Positions 24,176 through 35,000 of a stretch of DNA of 64,000 bases are shown piece by piece. Every line of letters starts with the position of its first letter. Position 1 is the first letter of the stretch. Position numbers and translations under genes: made by a program. The notes below the pieces were generated by a model. It had not been told where the DNA came from. It ran no database searches and saw nothing but the letters and a program-made list of their open reading frames with translations. Source of the DNA: Selaginella moellendorffii (taxonomy: Eukaryota > Plantae > Lycopodiophyta); the NCBI RefSeq assembly GCF_000143415.4, contig NW_003314261.1:2677266-2741265 (forward strand). The letters run 5' to 3'.

Positions 24176-25472
24176 GTTGGAATATTCTCTCATGCAAATA
24201 AACCCTAAAGAATATTCTGGTATTTTGAAAATCTTTCTTTTGGTTCTTTCAACTCGCTGGAGGACTGCAAGTCCTCGTGCTCGAGCAGCCGGAAGTGGAA
24301 CTCGCGTGGTCTGCTGTCCACCTCCAAGATCACTGTGTGGACTCCTCAATAGTAAGAGAGCTGTCCGGAATCTGATAAGTGTAACATCGTCTCCTTGAAC
24401 AAGAACTCGTTGAAGACCTTTTTGGCACCGTCTGGATCGCCGGTCTTGGCCAGCGCATGCATCATGCCATGGGCATCACCTCAAACGCACGCAAATAACC
24501 TTACCTTGGACTTTTACCTGATTCTATAGATCGTTCCCAAGCATCGTTGACATACCTAAAGCATGAAGACCTTGTGTACAACATTCAGACTTGACATCTT
24601 CAACACAAAAAAGAGATCCTGCTACAGTGTCTGATTTTCTGGTCTTGGAACCTATGGGATAGAATGTTGTGCTTGACACTGTTTGTAGCTTGAAGACTGA
24701 TGCCCTCATGATGCTCAAGTTGTACAACACGTTCAAGTTCAGATCCAACAGTACCTTGAAACCTTCAACAATGTCACCTCTTACTGATCAAGAGACTTAT
24801 TCAAGGGCTCACCAAAGCACGGAGCGAGTTCCTCCGGAGTATGTGGAGGGGCTCGCAAGAGAAAATCTACGCTTGAGAACATGCTCAACAAGACTGTGGA
24901 AAGCTTGATCCATGTTCCTTTACTGAATCGGTCGCAAGAACTTGAAGTTTACTAGTGCTTCCACTGATTTGAGCAACTTGACTGATGCAGCTAGAAACAA
25001 CACCAAGCTCGCCAATTCTTAACGTTCCATGCCCTCTAAAGCTGCGAGGTCTTGCCTGGTCCACCGCGTGGCTACAAGCCTGGGGGAACACAAATATTAT
25101 TTAGATCTCGTTTGTACTAGCATTACATTTACAAGTTTGTCTTATACAGGAGCAAGGACATTAGAACATCCACCGTTTGTTGAAGATGTTTAGTTTTTAT
25201 TATCTGGACTAGAAGAGGTAATGGCCATAGACTCCGTCCCACCACAGATCAGTAGCTCTGTAACGGCAACAATATGGTCTTCAGTCTTCTAGCAACAATT
25301 TCCCTCCTGTGATATCATCAGGTCCACTTAATCAATGGTCTCAGAGGTTCAGGTGCCATCAAATTTGCACTGCGATTAATCTGGAGCAATCCATGTAAGG
25401 TTGGTTGAGTAGCTCCAGATCTGTAGCCCACATCCATATGCAACTCCCCAACTTTGACCCAGGCGGAGTCTG
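24176..25472 (-). repeat. Right arm of the ~1.3-kb inverted repeat
   Basis: Reverse complement of 20960-22272. The ORF track shows mirrored peptides (MFPQA.SH.VDQARPRSFR, MDLNLNVL.NLSIMRASVFK) on opposite strands. Confidence 0.95.
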
Positions 25473-25691
25473 TTGGAAGCTTGCAAGGCCTTGTCAACGC
25501 TGTGGAACTTGGTGCTGCTGCTCGGGTTGATTGCTTCTATGGAACGTTGTCACCGCGCTTTAAGTCCAGTACTCGACACTCCATTTGCAGCGTGACAAAG
25601 TTGGCATCCCACGTTGTGTCTTGAATTTCCTTGTGAAAGAAGTCAGCGCGGACCGTCAGCTTTTAGGGATTGCGAGAGGAGTGAAGGAGTG

Positions 25692-27083
25692 ATGGAGCGT
25701 GTCAGGCGCATCGTCTTCGACTGTTTTGGTTGCTTTCCGGGACGCTTGGAGAGGATCATCGGGAAAGTGCTGGGCTGCTGTGTCCGCATCCAGGGCGTCC
25801 TTGGCCGTGGCAGGCACCTTGTGCTCGACACACTGCTGATAGACAAGGGTCGGAGCGAGCGTCGCGTCGCGCTTCGCCTCCCGCTCACTCGCCGCAGCCG
25901 GATTTCTCCCCAAGAGGCGGTCTCTGGCTACGCGGCCACTCTCTTCCTGTCGCAGCTAGGCGGCCCCACGGTCGTCGCGGGGCCGGTCCACGTGGCAAGC
26001 CCGCCCCTCCCTTACGCGACACGGGGGATGTCCTACCTGGCGGTTCTACCCGTGGCCGACGGTGTACGGCTGTGGGATCTTTGGGAGGACAGCCGCTCCA
26101 CGCTGGCATGGAGGAAGAGGGTGCTGTCCGACCTGGCAGCCGTCACGCTCCAGCTGTACCGCCACCCGCTGGAGGGGATTGGTGACATGGCGCTCGCATC
26201 CGACGGGTCTCCGTGCGTGGGCGTGCTGCGCGACGGCGCCGTGGCCATCGCCATGGAGCGCGGGATGGACGTGGGCGATCGCCTCAGCCCCGGCCCCTAT
26301 TCGACTTGGAAGGAGTATGCTTGGAACCAGATCCAGGGCTTGCTGCTGCTGTATGGAGACAGCCCCTTATACGGCGGATCGATCAGAGCCAACGCGGAGA
26401 TCATCCTCGAGTGGCTGGAGGATTTCCAGCCCGATTTCCCGGAGAAGTTCTTCCTTTGTCACCCCGAGTTTGGCAGCGGGCAGGTGTTGGTTGATTCCGG
26501 CTAGGGGCACGTCGAGAGCATTGGCGACTGGGACGGCGCGAAAACGGTGACGGTGCATTGGCTTGCGCGGGGCTTCTTTCTCCCGTTTTTCCACTATCGC
26601 GAGAAGCCTGACGAGGAGGAGGAGGAGGAGCTACTGAGGTTTTTCCGCGAGGAGCTGAGGTTGGGTGGTGCGCCGGAGCTCGTTCCGTACGTGACCAAGT
26701 ACCCCGAGGAGGTGTATCCGCAAGTCATGTTTGAGGAGCACATTCGTCCTCGTGAGGTTTCTGCCGAGGGTGCAAACAGCTTGCTGTGGGTGCTTTGTAC
26801 AGATATGCAAGCGCAGGGGTTCATGGATGATGAGATGGTGATACAAAAGGTTGAGGCGCCTTGGAAGAAATCGAAATCTCCAATCACTTCGTCGGCCCAA
26901 GAGGACGATGAAGAGAAGAGTGGTGAGGACGATGAAGAGGACGAGGACGGTGAGGAGGAGAGCGGCGACGGTGAAGAGGAGAGCGGCGACGGTGAAGAGG
27001 GAGTGGCGAGGTTTCCTCAAAGTGAAAAATGCCGTACACATGCCGTTGGTACGAATCGAAACCAAGCCCTACCAGAGGGTTAG
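25692..27083 (+). pseudogene. Second, disrupted copy of the APH-like phosphotransferase
   Basis: Near-identical to 22613-23998, but TCG>TAG at 26502-26504 stops it between the two catalytic motifs. It also has a 3-nt deletion in the Gly loop (GSYN>GRH) and a contracted acidic tail. Confidence 0.85.
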
Positions 27084-27132
27084 ATTAGAATATTCGCGCA
27101 TTCAAATAAACCCTAGAGAATATTCGGGTGTC

Positions 27133-28426
27133 TTATCTTCTTGAGGTGGTTTCTATCCATGTTGTTGGGTATTACATGAGCATCGCAGCTCTTGGAGCGA
27201 TTTCCACTGACTATCCTGCGAAAACCAAGAGCAGAAAGAATGTGAGGAAGAAATTCAGCAAAGAAGATTTAAGCTCTTGCTTACCAGCTGAGCGGCCTCC
27301 GCGCCAAGGGCGTGGTCCATGGTGAGGAACAAGGCCTTCCATTTGTCCATTTGAAGCTCGTACTGTCGCTTGGCCTTTGCCGGATCTTCGTGCCGGCTGA
27401 GGTCGAGGAAGCTGGATTTATCAGCCGGCATAAATATATCGTCCTTGGCAACGATGGCTGTTCTAACTCGTCTCCGGCTCCGCTTCAAGGCTGCGCAAAT
27501 CTTACACTCGTGAGATTCCACGACAAGTCACAAGCGAAAGCAGACCTGAGATCCTTCCTTTGATATCCTGGTTGACAAGCTTAAGCCAGATCGCGGCAGG
27601 ACCACCTGGAAAAAGAAAACCACGAACACCATTCCATCAACCCAAAGAGCGAGCCAGACTTACTTTGCTTCTGGATCATTGCGTCGCTCTGAGTCATCAA
27701 GTGATGATCATCGTCTTGCTCGTCATCCACCAGCTTGTCAATCGTAACGTCCCAGCTCTCGGTTTTAGAGCGGGAACCTTCCAAAGTCCCACAGCTAAAA
27801 TCTTCCACACTGGTGGCCACCTCCGAATCGTTTGTAGCCCTGTTTTCCAAGCTTTCCAGCGCCTCCGTGAATGTAAGCATCTCCTCTAAGTTGGCTTCTG
27901 GACGCTCGCGCTTCACTTGCTTGCAAGCCACAACCGCCGGCTTCGCAACTCCACGATTTTCATCAGCAAACTCCCGGCATCGCTTGCGGACCAAAGTCCC
28001 GGACTTTAGAACAGCTCCAATCGCCGAATGGACGTACTTGCTATCGTGAACACGGCCAATTATCCCCGGTTTGAGCTCGCCCAAGACTCCAGACGGGGGA
28101 ACGGGCTCCTGCGGCTTCTCATCCTCCGGAAGAACACTGGGCCTGACGATAACGGTCGGCTGCTTGGGCCTCCTCGTCCTCCTCTGCCACTGCGATTGCG
28201 CATCTAGGCACGAACCAACTGTGCCGATCTCGATTTTTGTAGGGAAAGTTCCCAGCTTGGCATCAGAATCGGCGCCCCAGCCCTGGCAGGCCGAGAGATT
28301 GTGGACGAACCTGGGCTTGATGTCAACGACGCCGGGTCCATTCAGAACCTTGAGCGGCGCCCTTGCCGGCGCATTGGCCTTGCTCTCCAGAGCTCCCGAC
28401 GCCAGTAGATCCTTGAGAACGCCCAT
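27133..28426 (-). CDS. Uncharacterised spliced protein
   Basis: 281-aa first ORF from ATG 28426. Further exons encode ...YELQMDKWKALFLTMDHALGAEAAQL|DSQWKSLQELRCSCNNPTTWIETTSRR* (TAA at 27133-27135). It shares a divergent promoter containing AACCCT/TAGGGTTT motifs with the LMBR1 gene. Confidence 0.6.
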
Positions 28427-28954
28427 CTGAGATCTAGGAACCGCGAAATCTTACATGAATCGCGCGCGCGGTCGCGAAACCCTGCCCGGGGAGGAACCCT
28501 AGCTCGTCGCGCTCGCGCCGTCGATCTGTATAAAGAGGAGAGCTGCCAGCGAGCGCGAAATTCAAACACTCTCGTTAGAGCTTTGACGGAATCTTTTCCC
28601 CAACGGAATATGCGAAGCTACCAGAATATGACGCCCAGTATGTTTTCAATGGCTGGATATGGCGAACAGAGTTACAAGCGCGTCGTCGAGGGCTAGGGTT
28701 TTGGATGCGCGGGAGCTCCGGAGCGTGCTTCTGGCGCCAGATTCAGGGGCGCTGCCTCGTGCTCGTCGCTGGCGACGAATGTAAGTAGCTGAATCCTCGT
28801 CGGCAGCGCAGGGAAGCTAGATCTGGCTCTCCAATTTGTCTCTCCGGGTTCTTCTCGCGGAATCTAGGACAGGGCCAGCTGCGAGCTCGCCGCGCGCCGA
28901 AAATGCGCTTGGGGCACAGGTGATTTGGAAGGAAAGAAGTGTCGAGCTCCTGCA

Positions 28955-31235
28955 ATGTCGGACTTCAATGTGATCCTCCTGATCATAGTCATCGTCGTGA
29001 CGGTTCTAGTTTTCCTCTTCAACACCTATCTTCTAGTGAATTACCAGCACCCGGATGATCACAATCAGGCGTACTTCCCAAAGGCGGTAGTGGTTTTCGG
29101 TTTGTCCGTAGCACAGCTCTCGATTTTGATGCTTCCGGCGGACGTCGCAAACCGGCATGCTTGTCAGCGTGCCTTGTACAATGGGGCGTGTGATCTTACG
29201 CTTCCCATGAAGGACCTCTGGTATGCCGTCTACATCATCGACGCTGTGCTCGTCTTCTTGGTAATTCCTTTTACGATGTTCTACTACGAAGGTGACCAAG
29301 AGAAGTAAGTCATTACTAGTTTCTTCGATTGGCTTGAGTTCTCATTGTTTGTGTTTATTTTTCCTTTCACAGGAGTGTAGCACGAAGAGCAGTAGGCGCA
29401 CTTATGTGGGTGATCGTGATCGCCATTGTCGTCGGGCTCGTTCTTGGGATCTTATATGGTACTGAGATCTTTGTTTGTTTCCGGGTGACCTTATCTTACA
29501 TTGACACAGGACTCATTGGAAAGGTTGATTTCACTGTGCGGCATTTGTCCTCCACTACCATCGGTTTCACTACCGATTATTCTCAATTGACTTCTCGGAG
29601 TCCTTGCCTTGTTCCCACTAATTCTCCGAACGCTGTCAGGAGCATTCAGGTGACGGAATTTAGGATCTCTTTCGAAGATTATACTGTTTGCTGACACGTT
29701 CTTGTCTAGTGTTCGGCGTATAATGCCGGCTATGGAGCGGAAGCTACCTGGTCAATGCGAACGACTTTCCCACAGTACCTGATTGCTTTGACAACAATAG
29801 TTGGATCGGTTTTGTTTACCGTAAGCGCCGCGACTTGAGCGAATATCCATTGCATAGTACTTTTACTTTTCAGATTTTTGGAGGTGTTGGAATCGCCTGT
29901 TTGCCACTGAGCTTGATATTCGCTTTTTTCAAGCGTCCAACGGCAGTAATCACAAGGTCGCAATATATAAAGGTCTGTTCTGAGTGACTGTTCTTCGGCT
30001 TTTCACTACCATGTTACGTTTCAGGAGGCAACTATTCTAGGAAAGCGTGCAAGGGAGCTCAAAGAAACGACACTGGCCCTTCAACGCGAAGAAAGAAGCT
30101 CGGGAAAGGGGAGAAAGTGGAGAAAGGAAATGAAGAAAGTCCAGCAAGTATGGTTAAATCTGCAACGTTTCTGCTAAAGTGACTTTCTCTCTTAAACAGG
30201 AATTGCTGTACCTGGAAGAGGACGTGCAACGCCTTGAAGAAGCTTATCCGCAGGGGGAAAAGGTGCGCTTGCTTTTCTAGCTTCTTTTCTTTCTTTCTTG
30301 GCTTACAGAGTGGTTCAGGCTGATACGACTTGGGCGTTAACAGTGCTGGGCTATCTTTCCAAACTTCTACTTGGCCTTGTTGGGTATGCTTAGCCGAATG
30401 AGCTTTCTGTAAGTTCTAATGTGGTATGGTGCAGCCTTGTCGTTTCAGGAGCATGGGTGGCACATATAATTGTCTACATGCTCATCAAACCGCCTTTCTC
30501 TTCATTCTTAAATCAAGTTTTCATCAAGCTTGATGACGTTTGGGGTATACTTTTCTTCTTCTAGTTAAACTAATCAATGACGTACAATCTTGCAGGACTA
30601 CTTGGCACAGTGGCGTTTGCGTTTTTCTGCCTTTATTTGATTCTGGCAGTCATATCTGGTGAAATGCACCTTGGCCTAAACTTTGGTTTGATAGCAATTC
30701 ACCCGATGAAGTAACTAGTAACTCATGCTAGATGGTTCTTGCGTTTCTAAGTTGTTCACTTTCTTTTGTCAAGGTATGGCGGGACGCTGATGAACTCGTT
30801 CCTTTTCAACGTGGGCCTTATTCTTCTCTGCTCTGTCAGGTATGCACTATCAAGATTCTTAGCTTTCAAAACTCCAACTTGGATACAAACTCTCCAGTGT
30901 GATCCAGTTCTGCTCTAAAGCATTTGCATTGTATGCGCGTGCAACCACAGCTCAAGAAATATTTGGTCTTACACTTGAGTCCCTTCGTGGAATCAAGTAC
31001 TTGTTTAGGTACGGTTTGGCTGTTTGAGTTTTCTCTTGTTTCGATGCTAAACCCTTGTGTAAGCGCAGGTACAACGTCTTTCAAATTGCTTTCTGTGTAT
31101 TATCGGTGGTGACTTTGGTTTATTACCTGGCATTTGTAAGTCCAAGCCGCAAGGAATGAGGCTTTTGTGTGCTCACTCTTGTGGTTTCTCCTGCAGGGAT
31201 GGAGAAGGAAGAAGAGAACAGCCGCTGGAGTATAA
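28955..31235 (+). CDS. LMBR1/LIMR family membrane protein, many short exons
   Basis: [11 protein letters not shown]...[19 protein letters not shown]...[11 protein letters not shown]...[46 protein letters not shown]; ends [12 protein letters not shown]. Confidence 0.92.
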
Positions 31236-32055
31236 CTCTTCTTCACAAGTTCCATCAGGCTTGCTTGCATTCTTTTGATTCTCCTTCCATATTTTTTCCT
31301 AGGTAGCTTGTGGAATGGCCTCGTATATGTGTGGATGATGGTAGTGAAAGTAATGAAGCAGTTAGTAATTATACCGTAATAAAATGTTAAAGAAAATGTT
31401 TGGAACAAATGGTTGATTATTCATTGTCACTAATCTCTTGCCGGTGTAAAGCCTACGTAAACTTGGAGAATTTCGAGTCGATTCGAGCGCCATCAACATC
31501 TGAGCTTGTTTCCGTTTTCCAGCTCAGGCACACCAAAAGGTGACGCCACTGCTGACACTACTCTTGGATTTGCAAATGCAACTGAGCTGAGCGGTGATTG
31601 AAATTTGCGGCCTTGTAACAACGACCGCAGTTCTTTTCTTTATCACCTTCTTTTCCACTGCCAAGTCTTCCAGTACCAGCTTCTGTTGTAAAAAGTAGCA
31701 TATACAGGCTTACACATGCCCAGGCTCTCTTTGCGAGCGATGGAAACCTCCCCGCAGGGTTTCCAGTTTTCTTCTGTAGGCTGCAAGAATTGGGAGACTT
31801 TAAGAGCCAGGACTAAACGAATTATCCTTTGTGCCAATGGCAGCATCCCCATTTGCAGGATCCAAGAGGTAATGTCTCTTACAGTCCTTGGAAACTCTTG
31901 GAGTTTCTGAAAAGGTCCCATGGATCTGCTGGGTACTCCAAGGCCCCGAGTATAATATATAGTAGGTACATATTTTTGTATGTTTCAAGTAGCTAGTATA
32001 GTATAGTATACTGCTTCGAGAAGAAAAAATGGAGGGATCTTTGCAAATTATGCAA

Positions 32056-32079
32056 GTGTGTGTGTGTGTGTGTGTGTGT
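32056..32079. repeat. (GT)12 microsatellite
   Basis: Direct reading of the sequence. Confidence 0.9.
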
Positions 32080-33156
32080 AACGTAGGGATAAGTTCTTCG
32101 TGCTTGCATGCGTGAGCAAAGAACTTTTGCGGTACCACGATTCCCGGGGGTCCTGAAATCGTCATCTTTCCTGCGAAGATAAAATAGAAAGGGAGTTAAA
32201 AAAAAGGAGAGGAGGAAAAGAATGGCGTCCCTATCTACCTTTAGAAACACAATACGAATTTGGAGGTAACATGGCGGGCTCCCAGAAACTGAAAACTGGA
32301 ATACCCCAAAGTATATAAAAATCAAAGAATTTGATCCAATGTCGACATCAAGAAGAGCTACAAAACAGTGAAAATTGGATTCATCCGCAGCAGAGAGATC
32401 AATCCAAATGAATCGAAATCATCGCCAGCTTTCATATGCTGTCAAAAGGTGTTCCAGGGGAGAAGTTGAAGGTTGAAATGTTAAATTTGCTTCGATCAAC
32501 ACAAGAGTTCGGATGGAAATTGTGGCTGGTCTCGATCGTATGCGCTGATTCACAGAAGCTTCGGACGAAAAAGCTTACGCGCAAAGTTCTCGTGGTGCCC
32601 TCTTTTTCCTCCTCAAAAACTTCCATTTCATGCACCGCAAAAGTTGACGCTCGAAAGGAATGGAATCATGGCCTTTTTATATAATACATACAGAAAACCA
32701 AATATTCTAATGGAGCAAGAGATTGTATTGCCAAACCCTAAATCTGCCCTAAATTTTGTATCGGCTAACTTTACTTTTGGGTACTTTGACCAGAAATGCC
32801 CAGTGGGGGCATTTTGGGCGGGGCCCTTAAGCATTGGCAAATACCCCAGCCGTATAATTATCTTTAGTTTTTTTCGTCCGTTAGTCGGCCGCCATAGCCA
32901 AAGCTTGTCGACCTCCACCAAGAACACACTACGCGCTCTCTCTCTCTCTCTCCCTCATCTCTTCTTGTCCAATTCGATGTCACGGCGCATCGCCAGCACC
33001 GGCGCGGCCGCCAGATGCCAAATGCGGGTGTCGGATTCGCGCGGCCGATCTGTTCTTGGGGGATTCTGCTGTTAGGTCGGGGTAGATCCAGGGCAATTTG
33101 GTGCCCGGAATTGCTGAGGAGCAATCGGAGCTGCGGTTGAATCGAATCGGTCTGGA

Positions 33157-34481
33157 ATGGGGGACGGGGAGAAGAAGGAGGAGAAGAAGGAGGATGCGAA
33201 GCCGCTGGAGCCCGTGGTGAGTGAGTGTTTATGTTTCTGTGAGGGGTTTTGGCTGGATTTGGAATCCAATTCATCTCGTGCTCGCAGACTGTGGTGCTCA
33301 AGGTGAAAATTCACTGCCTGGGATGCGAGAAGAAGGTGAAGAAATCGCTCAGCAAGGTGAAAGGTATGGAAATTTATCGCGAATTTCGCGTGTTCCTCGA
33401 TCTGATGGTGTGTTCTCAGGGCTTATGTCGCTGGACGTGAATCGCAGCGAAGGAAAGGTGACGGTTAAAGGGTTTGTGGATCCCAAGGAGGTGCTCAAGA
33501 GGGCCAAGAAGACGGGAAAGCAGGCGGATTTCTGGCCATCTCCTCCTCCGCCACCCAAAGAGGAGAAGAAATCATCCGACGAGGAGAAATCCGAGAAGAA
33601 GGAAGAGAAGAAGGAGAAGGAGGAGAAGAAGGAGGAGAAGGAAGAGAAGAAGGAGGAGAAGAAGGAGAAGGAGGAGAAGAAAGAGGAGAAGAAGGAAGAG
33701 AAGAAGGAGAAGGAGGAGAAGAAAGAGGAGAAGAAGGAAGAGAAGAAGGAGAAGGAGGAGAAGAAGGAGGACAAGGGCGAGGAGAAGAAGGACAAGGAGG
33801 TGAAGTTCAAGGAGGAAGAGAAGGGAGAGAAGAAGGAGGAGAAGAAGAAGGACAAGGAGGTGAAGTTCAAGGAGGAAGAGAAGAAGGAGGAGAAGAAGGA
33901 CAAGGAAGAGAAGAAGGAAGAGAAGAAGGACAAGGAAGAGAAGAAGGAAGAGAAGAAGGACAANNNNNNNNNNNNNNNNNNNNNNNNNNNNNNNNNNNNN
34001 NNNNNNNNNNNNNNNNNNNNNNNNNNNNNNNNNNNNNNNNNNNNNNNNNNNNNNNNNNNNNNNGGAAGAGACGAAGGAAGAGAAGAAGAAAGAAGAGAAG
34101 AAAGAAGAGAAGGCCGAAGAGAAGAAGGAGGAGAAGAAGAAAGAAGAGAAGAAAGAGGAGAAGAAAGAAGAGAAGGCCGAAGAGAAGGAGGAGAAGAAGA
34201 AAGAAGAGAAGAAAGAGGAGAAGGCCGAAGAGAAGGAGGAGAAGAAGGAGGAGAAGAAGAAGGAAGAGAAGAAGGAAGAGAAGGAGGAGAAGAAGGAGAA
34301 GAAGGAAGAGGAGGAGGAGAGATACGAGGAAAGATATGAGGAGAGGGAGAGGGATTACTACAGACCGGAGCCGGAGCCATGGACGCTGTCCAACCAGCCT
34401 CCAATGCAGTTCGAGACGGTGAGGATCATAGCGCCGCAGTACTTTAGCGACGAGAACCCAAACGCGTGCTCGCTTATGTGA
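33157..34481 (+). CDS. Heavy-metal-associated isoprenylated plant protein (HIPP) with long K/E repeat
   Basis: Exons give TVVLKVKIHCLGCEKKVKK (HMA CxxC), KVTVKGFVDP, a long KEEK tract interrupted by an assembly gap, and the C-terminus YFSDENPNACSLM* (CaaX). Confidence 0.92.
33964..34063. other. Assembly gap (100 N)
   Basis: Run of N inside the low-complexity GA-rich HIPP exon. Confidence 0.99.
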
Positions 34482-35000
34482 TCGATGATCAAAGCAATGG
34501 TTCGTCCCTCTCCTCGATCTCGTGCGATCGAGATCTCTGGTCGATCGATCGATCTGGAGCCATAGTTTTTCGATCTCTCTTGGGTTCTATCAGATCAGGG
34601 AGACAGGGGCGAGGATTCCTCGCACAGGAAACTAGGCAGGGAGAATGTGTATAGAGCCAGCAGAGATGTTTTTCCGGGTTTATTGTAAATAAAAGTCCTC
34701 CTAAAACGACGCTTAGCACTCGTCCTTTTCTGTGGAATCTTCCATGTTTGATTGGTCACGCGTATAGTTAAAGTATGATGAGTTTTTCCCTTGGAATCTA
34801 CTGTTGTTAAGCTTGGCTGGAGATTTTGGGAGAATCACACTCGACTGTTTTTTAAGAGCATGATGAATAGAAAATAATACATGTTGTTAGGAGTCTTAGG
34901 CATGAGACCACAATGCAATATATGCAAATTAGATATACTTTATCACTCTTGGCCTCTTTAATCTTTACTGAAAGGTATTTGACAACGATGTGAGATTTGG

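Noticed and set aside
24074-24218. GAATATTC repeats as a CRISPR array or heat-shock elements
   Set aside because: Eukaryotic context with no regular repeat-spacer array. Each site has only two nGAAn units, and most copies lie 3' of the genes.
20960-25472. Mutator/foldback transposon with 1.3-kb TIRs carrying the kinase
   Set aside because: No external TSD, and the right arm abuts the upstream segment of kinase copy 2. A tandem duplication with inversion fits better.
33349-34404. 351-aa antisense S/F-rich ORF and poly-Arg frame over the HIPP
   Set aside because: Artefacts of a purine-only repeat lacking stops. The K/E frame connects the HMA domain to the CaaX.
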